Shown: positions 36,716-49,358 of the stretch, piece by piece
Layout: every line of letters begins with the position of its first letter
How positions within the stretch are numbered: the stretch's first letter is position 1
Assembly (NCBI GenBank): GCA_039096225.1
Contig: JBBPEB010000025.1
Span: 496,001-560,000 of the forward strand
DNA from: Blastocystis sp. Blastoise
Taxonomy: Eukaryota > Protista > Bigyra: Opalinata
Reading direction: 5' to 3'
DNA length: 64,000 nucleotides
Position numbers and translations under genes: made by a program
Notes under the pieces: generated by a model
Told to the model about the DNA's origin: nothing
Database searches by the model: none
The model's input: the letters and a program-made list of their open reading frames with translations, nothing else

Positions 36716-39700
36716 TTAGATTTGGACTTCATCCTTAGGAGCAGTAGTAGTAGTAGTAGAAGTAGTAGTAGCAGGAGGAGGAGTATTTACAGCAGCAGGA
36801 GCTGGTGGAGGAGCATTAGTAGCAGGAACAGCAGTAACAGCTACAGTAGCAGGTGCAACAGCAGCAGCAGCTTCTTTCTTAGCTTTAGCAGTAGCATTCT
36901 TATTAACTTTAGATAACTTAGGTTTCTTAGCATTAATCTTCTTTTGTTTGTTAATAAAGAAGAAGACAATACCAGCAATAATAATGATAACTACAACAAC
37001 AATAAGAATAATAGCCCAAACAGGGAAAACGAAAATACATTTCATAGTTTCAAGATCACATTTACCACTTTGACAATCAGTATCAACAAGACAATTCTTC
37101 TCATTAGGACAAGGAGAACAAGTACTACCACCACAATCTATATCTGTTTCTAATCCATTTTGTACATTATCTGTACATAAAGGACCATTATTAACAGGTT
37201 CAGAATTAACAGTAACACTAGAAGCAGTAATACCTTGTTGAACTAAAGCAGCAACAAATGAACCATCACTAAAACTATTAGTTAATAAAGTAGCACTTTC
37301 AGCAGCTGTATCTTTAGGAACATTAACACGAACATCAAATTCTACTTGATTTTGATAAATAGAAGCCTTTAAATAAGAAGTAGTAGTTGAACTAGTAACA
37401 CGAATATCATAACAACATTTCATAGACATGACATGAGCAATAGCTAATTTAATACTTTGAATATTTTCTTCACTAACAGGAGCAGAAATACCACTAATAG
37501 TAAATTTAGTTAAAATAACACTCATAGAATCATCAGCAGCTTCATTAGGATTTTCACCAGTAATAATATCTAAAGTACCACAATTTTGATTTTTATAATT
37601 AATATCACAAGTACAACTAGCAGTCTTAGTAATAAGACTAGCAGAACAACTACCATGATTACTACATTCAACTAAAGGATCAAAAGTAGTACTAGGACAA
37701 GTAGTACAACCAGCTTCAGGATAATAACCAGCAGAAATACATGTACAACCATTAGCAGTACATTCACCAAGATTTGTTCTCATATTACAATTATGTGGAC
37801 AAACAGCATTATAAGGATTTGTAAATGTTACTTGAGAAAGATTAGGTATAGTTTCACTATTAAATTTAAATGAAACAGAAATAGTTTGATAATCAATATT
37901 ACCATCAATAATAGGAGTAGTATAAGTATATCTAAATATACCAGTACTAGATTTACTAAATACACCATCAGTTATAGAATTAAATGATAATGGTAAACTC
38001 CAATCAACAGCAAATGCACTTGAATAATCAGTAGGATCAGTAGGATTATTATATAGATCATAAGTATGGAATTCAAAGAAAGAAGAAGTCTTTTGTTGAA
38101 CATTTATTGATCCAGTATAAGTAATCTTAGAAGCAGCTGTAGTAGAAGCAATAACAGAAATAGAAGTAAAAGGACTATGATTAATATGTGTATTAGTAAC
38201 AGTACCACAAGATGCTTGAATAGTTAATGTATAACTACCAGCAGATTCAGGTGTACATGAAATAGTAATAATACCATTTTGAGTTAATTGACCAATAGTA
38301 ACAGGAATAGTACTAGGACCAACCATAGTAGCAGTAATAGATAAATCACTTAAAGAACTACCACCTAAAACCATATTAGTTAAAGAAGTAATATCTTCAT
38401 CATTACTATTCTTTAAATGTATTTCCCATATAGCAGTAGCACCAGCAACTAAATTAGATGTAATAAGACCATTACTTACAGAAGTACCAGTTAAATAGAA
38501 TTTACTAATATCAGCAGCATATAAAGTAGTAAAAGAATATTCACCAGAATTTAATCCTTGATAAGGAGCACCACTAGTAGAACTTAAACAATTAGCAGGA
38601 ATAACTAAATTATAAGTACCAGGAGTTAATATAGAAGTAGGAGTAATAGTAACAACAGTATTATCAACAACAACTTGAGTACTAGTAACATCAATATTAA
38701 TAGTAGTAGGACCAACAAATTGAATAGAACCAGTACCTTTTTGCATAGCTTGACTAAATGTTAATATAATAACAACACCTGAAGGAACAAGATTAGGAGT
38801 ACCAGTAGGAGGAGATATATTAGAAATAGTAGGGAATGAAGGAGTAGAAAATACTAACATATATTGAGTATTACCTATATCATAATTATTTTGTACTAAT
38901 CCTGATGGTATATCTAATGTATAAGTAGAACCATTTTCTAATGTAGTACCAGTAGATAAAGAAATAGTTAAAGTATTACCATTAATTTGACAATTACCAT
39001 CAGTAATAGAATAAGTAATAGTTGGTTTACCAGAAGCAGTAAATGAAATAGATCCTGTACCAGCAACAATAGTAGAAGAGAATGTAAATACAAATACTTT
39101 ATTAATAGAAACATTAGAAGCATTATTACTTGGATCTGAACTACTTACAATAGGAGCAGAAGCAGTATGATAAGTAAATATACCTACAGTATTCTTAACA
39201 CCTTTAATATCAGTAACTAAATCAGCAGGAATAGAAACATAATATTGAGAATTAGCAGTTAAATTTTCTGTAAAACTAAATTGTACTTCTTTAGGATTAC
39301 TAGTACTAATAGTACCAACAGTAGTAATAGTATTTGTACCAGCAATAGTAACACTATTAGTAGTACTTAAACTAGCAATATCTCTATTAAATGTTAAAGT
39401 AATAACAAAATTTAATTTTAAGTTTTCAGAAGATTCAACAGGAGATACAGTATAAGTAAGAGCAGAAGGAGTTGATATAGTATAATCAGTAACAGCATTA
39501 CAAGGAATATTACTTTCTTTAGAAACAACTATACCTTCAGGAAGTGTAACAGTATAAGTTAAACCAGTAAGAAGAGAAGGAGTAATAATTAAAGTTTTTT
39601 CATCTTCAGAAATAGTAACAACAGGATTCATAACATCAATAGTAATAGCATTACCAGAAGAAGGAGTAAAAACAATAGAACCAGAATTCTTTTGAATAGC

Positions 39701-42700
39701 TATATTATAAGTAATTTGAATAGGTTCATTTATAGCAATATCAATAGCACCATTAATAGGAGAATAAGAAGAAACAATTGGTTGAACAACAGTAGTAAAA
39801 GTATATTCACCAGCAGCAATACCATTATAAGCTATATTACTAGTAGTTTCAGTAAATACACCACTAGGGATAATAACATTATATAAAGTAGAAGATATTA
39901 AATTAGAATACACAATAGTAACAATATTGGATTGAATAACAACATAAAGAGAACTAATACTAATATCATCTTGATCTTGAGCTCTTAATATAATATTACC
40001 AGTACCATATTGAACAGGCATATCAAAAGTTAATTCTATATTACCATTAAGAGGAACATTAATACTATTAGAAGCAGGAACACGAGTACTAAGAGAAGGA
40101 GCAGAAGCAGCACTTGTAGTAAATTTATATTCACCAGCAGTTAATCCTGTATATATATTAGAAGCCATATCCATAACTAATCCACTAGCTATACTTAAAG
40201 TATATTCTTTTTCAGGAGAGAATAAAGAATTCTTATTAATAACAACAGTTTTCTTATCTTCAGAAAGACTAATACCAGTTCTATCAACAGTAATAGCATT
40301 ACAAGTATTTGTACCAATACACATAAATTGTACATTAAAAGTATTACCAAATTGAATAGTTTCACTAAATGTTAATTGAATAACAGCATCTAATTGTATA
40401 TCAATACTATTATGAGCAGGAGAATAAGATTGAATAGAAGGAGGTACACAATCAACAGTAATATCATAAGTAGTTTCTTCATTACAATTATTAAATGTAT
40501 CACATATCTTATCAGAAAGTAATTTAATAGTAAGAGTATTATAACCAGTAGGAGTAATAGTAAATGCAGCAATAGCAGTAGTAGAAGTTAATAATTGAGT
40601 ACTAACACAAGTAATAGTAGAACTAGTTTCAAAAGCATCACAAGATATAGAACTAACTTCTTTATTAAAACTAAGATTAATAGCATAAGAAGTAGCACAA
40701 GTAGCACCTTCAGCAACAGGAGTAATAGTAATAATAGGTTTAACATCATCTTTCATAATAATTAAACTATTAGAAGTTGAAGTACCATAAGTATTAGTAG
40801 CTTTAACAGTATATACACCAAAATCAGTAGAAGTTAATACTTTAGAATAAGTAGTAGAAATAGCACCTTCAATAGGTAAATTATCTAAATACCATTGATA
40901 AGTAGCAACTGGAACAGCAGTAACAACAACTTGAAGTGATATAGTAAAACCAATATTACTATTTAATGTAGAAGGTAAATCAGTAGTAAAAGTAGGTAAT
41001 CCACACATACTACAAGCAACATGGAAATTATATTGAGAACTAGTAAAACCATTAAAATATTTATTAGTAGTAGTATCAATAAAGAAATAAGAAGGAATAA
41101 CTAAAGTATATGTTCTATCACCAATTAAAGATTGAGAAATTCTAAAAATAACACTAGAACCATCAAATTCAATTAAACTACTATTAGCATCATAAACAAT
41201 ACTACTTTCAGTACCACTAGAAAATATAGCAGAACCAGAACCTCTTGAAGGAGTACTATCAAATGTTATACGAATAGTTTGAGTATTAGCAGGTACATCA
41301 ACTTTACCATTAATAGGAGTAATACTAGTAATAGTCATAACTTGAGGACTATAAGTAATAGTTAATAAATTAGATTCAGCATTATCTATATCACCAGCAC
41401 CTTTAACACTATTAGCATTTACTTTAACAGAACCAGTAATAGTATTACTAGAAGGATTAGAAAAAGTATATATAGCATTCCAAATCATACCACTACCAGT
41501 AACACTAGAAATAGTACCAGCAGTAGAAGTAAAAGAATCAATAGTTAATCCAGTAATATCAGCATCAAATGTAATAGTAATAGGAACAGTTGTACTAGAA
41601 ACAGGCATATAATAAGAAGTAGAAATAGTAGGTAAAGGAACAGCATAATCACTCTTATAAACAAATGAACCACCATTAAAAGAAGTAATAGCATTTCCAG
41701 CAATATCATAATACATAGTAGTACCCATAGATACACGTACATAAACAAATGAAGAAGATTCTATTTGTATTTTAAATGAAAAAGCAGTATTAGTAGGTGT
41801 ATCAGGAATAGGAATAAATGAATTAGAAACTACATTACCACCAGTAATAGCTAAAATACCTTGATCAACATATGCCATTTCTTCAGAGAAATATAATTCA
41901 CCATTAACAATAGGTGTATTTACAGTACCAGTAGGTAAAGATACATAAGCATTAGGTTCAGTAGAATCTAAACCAATAGTAAAAACATTAGATTCTTGAG
42001 AAGGTTTATTATCAGATAAAGAAAGAGCAAATCCAGCCTTCAGTCTTATAGTAGCAGTAAAATCTAAATAACCAAATTGAATATTAATTGTATTACTAGG
42101 ATTTGTATTACTAAGTGCATTTATACAACGTAAACCATTAGCAGCAATATATACTTTGACACTAGATACAGAACTAGAAGGAGTAACTTTAAATGTATAT
42201 TTAAGTGAATGAACTTTAGTAATTTCACTAATAGTAGCACCTTCAACTGTAATAGCACTTTCAGGAAGATTATTAATAGGTTTAGAAGAAGAAAGAGTAA
42301 TAATAGCATAAGGATCAGTTACTTTATTTAATCCATTATAAGGAGAAGATAATTCATAAGTAGGAATATCAATATCTTCAATATATAAATAACTATTAGG
42401 TATAATTTGTTTTGTAATACTAGCATCAGTAGATTCCCATTCTAATTGTAATTTACTAGTAGCACTATTACTTCTATAACGTATAGTAATAGGAAGTAAG
42501 CCAGTAGTAAGAGAAGCAGTAAAAGTATTAATCTTTTCACCACATTCAGTAACTTCTAATTGAGTAACACCATTAAAAATAACTATAGCTACACCATTAG
42601 TAGTAAGAGTAAATGTATAAGAACCAGTAACAGGTATTTGTAAATGTGTAGTAAAAACAGAATAGAAATTAGCAGGTAAAGTAACAGAAGAAGAGAAAGA

Positions 42701-45545
42701 AGTAGTATCAGAAGCAACAAAATCAAAATTAAATTCATCAGGATATTGATTAGCACTAACATAATTACTACCACCACTATTTGTACCAGCATTCATTATA
42801 GAAGAACTAGGCCAATCACAAGTATTATCATCATCAAGATTAGTATAATAAGCATTAATACCATGTTTATTACCTAAACCAATCTTAACATTATCTTTTA
42901 CATTATTACCTTGAGGATCATATATATTAATAATACATGAAAAACCACCACCACCATTACCAAATAATACTATAATTTTATGTTCACCAGCAACTAAATC
43001 AACAGAAGTCTTTACTTCATTTGGACCACAGAAAGTATAATAAACAATATTATTATTCATATCAAAACTATCTATTAATACCATAAGAACATCATCTTGA
43101 GTAACACCAATTTGATAAGTACCAGAAGTAGTAGCAGTAAATATACCACTATGATATTGAATCATACCTTCATAAGTAGAATAAGGAATATTACCATAAT
43201 TACCAGCATTATTACTATTACCTACAATATTTAAGGATGAATAATATAAATTAAATGTTGGATTCATAGATCTATAAGCAGATATAGGTGTAGGTAAAGA
43301 ACTAATAGCAGTACTAAAATGTCTAAATGCTTTTGTATACCAACCAGTAATATCAAAAGAAACACTTCCAGAAACACAAGCATCATTACAAGTAAATGTA
43401 TCATGATTACAATATACAGGATTTACTTTAACATTACCATCACATAAACAATAACCAGAAGAAGATGAAGGTACTAATGCAGAACAAGATAAATCTAAGG
43501 AAGGATCTAAAGTACCATAAGGACTACATGTAGAAGTACCTTTAAATCCTATACAACCAATAGAACGAGTAGTAGTAGCACTAATAACATTATTAGCCAT
43601 TTCTTCTTGAGTAATAACACCATTACCACCTTGTTCAAAATACATATATACTTTATAACTTTGATCAGAAGCTAAACCATGAACAGATAATGTATTTATA
43701 ATATTAGAATGAATAGCATAAGAAGCAGAAGAAGCTTTCACTTGATCTATAGTAGGAATAGCACTATTACTAAAATAAGCAGCTACATAAGCATATAAAT
43801 TAGCATCTTCTACACCAGTAATTTTCATTTTAATATCAATAGAAGAAGGATTAGGAGTTACAGAATCAACAGTTACAGTAACAATAGGATCAATAGGGAA
43901 ATTATCAGCTAAAGCAAACATTTCAGCATCTTGTAAATATTTATGATAAACACGTAAAAATTTTATAGTCATATCATTCAATGTACCAAATTCACTATTC
44001 TTCCAGAATACCCAAGTATTTGGTTGAAGAGGAGCATATGTATCATCAATAACATATTCGAAAATATTAGCTTTATCTAAATAAAGATGTGTCACATGAT
44101 CAGAGACTCTATGATTGAAACCAATATAATGAATAGTACCATCATTTATATTTTTAGTATTAATACTATATTTATAAGCAGCAGCTTTATTTAAATAATG
44201 CCATCTAGCTTTATTGGCAGCAACTAATTGACATCTAGAACCACTAGTAAAAGCAGAAGGATAAGGTTGTGTACAGAAAATAGGACCACTAGCACCAGTA
44301 CCAATAATACCAAAATGATAAGAATAATCACTATCAGCACGAGAAGAAACCCAGAAATGTTCATAATCATACATAGTATTACCATTAGAAGTACTCATAG
44401 GCATAATTGTTTCAAAATCAGAATGATAAGTAATTTTCATATTTTCCATAATATTTTGAGCAGTTTTAATATCACCTACTTTAGAAGCACAATAAATAAC
44501 ATTAGTACCAACAGCAGAAGGAACATCAAGAATAATTCTATTCAGAGTAATAGCAGAATTACCAGTAAATCCAGAAAGATCAATTTCAGTAGTACTAGCT
44601 AAAACTTCATCTACAGTAGGTACAGTAGTACCTTCAGGAATACTCTTACAACCAATAGTAACACCAGTAGCAGGATAATGAGCATATACATAAGCTTTTA
44701 CATTAGTTTCAGAAACAACTAATTGTTGAATACCCATACCTGTATCATTAGGTTGTGTACCTTTATATTGAGTTAATTCAGTTTCACCAATAATAGTATT
44801 AGGAAAAGCAACTACATTAGCAAATGCACCATGAAGTAAATCAGGAACAGGATCTGTTGCACCAGAACGAGAATATTTCATATAACCTAAAGATACTTTC
44901 TGACTAGTAGTAGGAGCAGGAAGAGTATTAAAAGCATTAGATGTCATTTCAGCAGATGTTAAACACTATAATATATCAATTTATTATAAATTTATTGTTA
45001 AAAAAATAATAATAATTAATTAATAAAAAAATAATATTAAATAATTTATAAAAAAATATTTATAAATATTTACAAGAGTATCATCTACATAAATCTTAAG
45101 ATCATTTGTATTCTTAGTATATATAATTCTCCAATGTCTCCAAGTACCATCAGCAACATTAGCACAAACACCAGTCTCAGAACCTTGTACTTCAACAAGT
45201 AATCCACGAGCTTCAGCATAAACTTTACCGTTCTTAATACCGATAAAACGATCACCACTTCCAGAAGCATATTCGTTATCATTAGTTAAAGCAAAAAGAA
45301 TACCAAAACGACTAGTACTTTCCTTATCAGGATTAGGAATAGCACGTATCCAAGAAATCAAAGAAAAATCATTAGAAAAATCAAGTTTCCAAGAGGACTC
45401 AACATAGGTTTCACCAGGCTTGTAAGAATCAAAAGAAATGTAATCTCCCCAATTCTCGACAGCTTGGGTCAATACTATACAAATTATTAGACATAGATTG
45501 ATCAAAGAACTTACCTAACAAGATTAATAAATAAACAAATTTCAT
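36716..45545 (-). CDS. ~2893-aa adhesin-like type-I membrane protein (LamG/ConA-like x2, Cys-rich module, PA14 x2, bacterial Ig-like SbsA/Big repeats, I-set Ig, filamin-like, EGF, SEA-like, CxDxxxNGxETDxDCGG module, TM)
   Basis: Exons 45545-45515, 45474-45074 and 44965-36716 splice in frame (8682 nt). Signal peptide MKFVYLLILLVLTQA; LamG ADGTWRHWRIIY; PA14 GIFTATTSGTYQIGVTQDDV; repeats PSIQSYSPAHNSIDIQLDAVIQLTFSETI; TM VWAIILIVVVVIIIIAGIVFFF. Confidence 0.9.
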
Positions 45546-45697
45546 GTTCATAATTATTTATTAAAAAGATTTTATTTAGAAAAATGTGGTCGGATTCTGA
45601 AAGTGAATTGATTTTACTAAAAATCCACGAGTTTCTATAGATATAAAAAAATGTCCCAAATAAAAAATAAAATAAGAGAAAAAAGGGAATACCCAAA

Positions 45698-45715
45698 TGA
45701 GTCATTGACCAATCA
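45698..45715 (-). promoter_or_regulatory. Candidate promoter module TGAGTCA + TTGACCAATCA (AP-1-like and CCAAT box)
   Basis: Lies about 160 bp upstream of the adhesin ATG; the same pair recurs upstream of the MFS gene at 56333-56361. Confidence 0.4.
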
Positions 45716-46899
45716 TATCGTGGATCTTTGTTTTATTCTTTTTATTAGTGTTTTATTGTCCAAAACAAAGAAATAGAGAAGAACATAAACCGAATAGAGT
45801 CATGGCGTCACTTGTTTTGAAAGTTCTTTATTTTCCGCTAAACACCGAGACATCATCAGAAAACTCTTTAAGAAATAGATGTGTCATCAATAGTTAACCC
45901 TATTCTTTTCTATTCTATATGGGTACCCTAATGAAAATCGAGTTTTATTTTTTCGTTTTTCTTTGTCTCTTTTTAAAGTATACGAAATATTTATAATAAA
46001 GAAATGAATATTATTATGCTTAGGAGACTCATAATGTGCTTATCTTTGGGTATATTGGACTAATAATCAATTCTATTTTATCATGATTATAATTCACTAC
46101 TGTGTACTTTTAACAGTTTAAAATATATTAGTCACAATTTCTTGATGTATCATTTAATTGATTCGTTTAAAAAGTCTAATGTTTTATAGCAATTACGAAA
46201 TAAAGCAAAACAAAATGGTTATAAATACAAAGTCTTCTAATAGGGTAATCGTTATTTCACTCAAAAATGAGAAAAATAGTCGTTTATCCGTGTTTATTCA
46301 ATAAATTTTGCGGAACAAACAATTATCCCCGTTTTCATACGAGAGTCTACGGGATTAACTTATATTCTTTATAATTTTACATTTTTAGTGAGATATATAG
46401 AAAACACTAGAGTATTAATATATATTATGCTTATTTTTTTATATATAACTATTTTTATTGTAAAAATTATACTAATGAATGTGAAATGACTGCTATAAAC
46501 ATTTTTGCTAATAGAGTTTATGGAAATAAGTGCATTGAAAGTTTTGATTACATTATTAAAAGATGATTACCTATTTAGATGGTGTGAGTATGCCTAAAAG
46601 ATCAATCAAAGATTATTAAAAGTATTTTTATAAATATAGACTACTTCATTCACGAATTAGTTCCATGATCTCTGTAGAGTCATAGTTTAAGTTATTTAAC
46701 TAGTTAGAAAGATGTATATTACATATTTAAGTATGTTCTGAATGCGAAAAAGTGTTTTATGAATAAAAGCCAGCAATGAATTACATCATTCTGTAGACAG
46801 TTATATACTATAATTGATTACTACTTTTGATCCCTATGAATCATGATAAAGATGAAACAAACAACATAATATATTATAACGACTTATTAAGAGAGATAT

Positions 46900-49010
46900 A
46901 AGCGTTTTAGTTTATGATTGAAATATTTTTTTAAATATATGTATATATAGGGATGTCTATATAAAATAGTTATTTAAACATAATTGATATCGAATAAATG
47001 TGTATTTATATATTATATAATATATGATATCATATATTCTATAAATAGATCAACAATATATATTATATGATATAAATAATAATAAGATAATAATCTATAA
47101 TACAATATGATTACTATATAGTATATGCTATATAATATATAATAGAAAGCAATCTATATATATTATATTCTATAATAGAATGTAGTTTTATAGTAAATTT
47201 TAATATATAATATACTATAGAAAAAGTGTTAAGGTATGTAAAAAGGATGAAAATAAATATTATATATATATATATAATACTTACATAGAATAGAATAAGC
47301 TGAACAATCCCATAGTAGTTTTTATCACTAATGATATATAACTATATAAATAATAATATAAAAGAAGCATATTCCAATCAAGATAAAGCTGCTATACAAT
47401 ATATTATAATTGATAATCAATAATATATAATAGATGAAATAGAAAAAGTAATTAAATAGAATAGAAAGATTTAATAAAAAAGTACTATATAACTTAGAGC
47501 ATTATATATAATAGAGTACAATAATAAAGTATAATATAAGAGATAATATACTATAGAGTAAGAAGTAATATAAGAAAATAATATATGATGTAATAGAATA
47601 TAATATAGATTATAAAAGATAAAACAATAGAATATAAACGAAAATATAATTGATATTAGATAGTATAATAGGTAATATATAATATAATTAATGGATAATA
47701 TATAATACTAACTATATATAATATAATAAAAGATAGATAATATATATTATAATATATAATCTGAATTATAAAATATAATATACTAAATTATTTACTATAT
47801 AATATAATACAATATATAATAGTGTATTACATACTTAATTAGTTAAATTAAATAATATATAATACTATACTATACTATATCCTATAAAATAGTATAATAT
47901 ATATATAATGTTATAACTAATAATATATAATATATACTGCACCATATAATACATATATATATTAACTATATAATGTATAATACTAACCAATAATATAATA
48001 AATAATATTATATTGTACTAACTATAGTCTATATAATATATAATACTCTCTAATATTACCTAACTATATAGAATACTAGACTATATAGCATTATATATTA
48101 TATATTATAATACAATAATAAATATGTATTATAATATATATAATATATAATACTATATATATCATAAAACACTAGATTAGTATAATATAATATATAATGC
48201 TAACTATATAATATAATATAATATAGTATAGTATATGTAATATAGTACTATACTATACTATATACTATATAACATAATACTATATAATACTGTATTATAT
48301 ACATATATATAATAATACTACATACTATATAATATACTACATATATAATATAATGTACATTATACACCATATACTATATGATATATAAACTATATTTTAG
48401 TATCATGCCATACTATATTATTATATATACTATACTACCTTATATAGTCATATAATATAATACTATATAATATAGTGCTGTACTATAGTATACTAGATGA
48501 TACAATTCTATAAGATACTATACTAGTATATATATATATTGTATATTATATCATATATATCTATAATATATCTAATATAATATATCTAATAAAATATTAT
48601 ACTATACTTTATAATATAATGGTATATATTATATAGTATATAGTACCATACTATACTACACTATATAATATATACTATACTATATAATACTGTATTCTAT
48701 ATACTGTATAATATATAATATACTACATATATTATATTATATATATTATATTATATATACTATATGATATATAATGCTCTTCAGTATAATGCTATACTAT
48801 ACTATATAATACAATGTTGTATTATAGTATACAATATGATATAATATTATATGATACTATACTAATATATAGATATATATATCTAATACCATAGAGAATA
48901 CTATTTATTATATCATATATATTATATTATACTATATAATATGTAATATATATCATATACATCTAATATTATACTATACTATAATATGTAATATATATCT
49001 ATATAATATA
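46900..49010. repeat. TA-rich cryptic/degenerate satellite domain (TATAC/TATAG/ATACTATAT micro-motifs)
   Basis: No ORF. Especially over ~47.7-49.0 kb it is mostly alternating T/A with interspersed single C or G and has few long A/T homopolymers, unlike other intergenic DNA in the window. Confidence 0.7.
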
Positions 49011-49014
49011 TATA

Positions 49015-49255
49015 TATAATATAATATAATATATATATAATATAATATATATATAATATAATATATATATAATATAATATATATATAATATAATATATAT
49101 ATAATATAATATATATATAATATAATATATATATAATATAATATATATATAATATAATATATATATAATATAATATATATATAATATAATATATATATAA
49201 TATAATATATATATAATATAATATATATAATATAATATATATAATATATATATAA
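49015..49255. repeat. (ATAATATAATATATAT)n 16-mer tandem array
   Basis: About 14 near-perfect copies seen directly. Confidence 0.9.
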
Positions 49256-49285
49256 TATAATAAAAAAACAATATAAAAAACAAAA

Positions 49286-49358
49286 GATTTAAGCCAGGAA
49301 TTGAACCTGTATATACATATATACATATATATATCTCCATCCGTTATGGAGCTTAAAT
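49286..49358 (-). ncRNA. tRNA-like cloverleaf (mascRNA-like; no canonical anticodon arm)
   Basis: Minus strand reads ATTTAAGC TCCAT AACGG ATGGA G ATATATATAT GTAT ATATGTATAT A CAGG TTCAATT CCTG GCTTAAAT C, then TTTTGTTTTTT. This gives an 8-bp acceptor stem, a D-arm with GG, an AU hairpin and a T-arm with a canonical TTCAATT loop. Confidence 0.75.

Noticed and set aside
49286-49358. Canonical tRNA or tRNA-Sec
   Set aside because: The 4-bp T-stem and TTCAATT loop recall tRNA-Sec, but there is no 7-nt anticodon loop, no UCA anticodon and no long variable arm.
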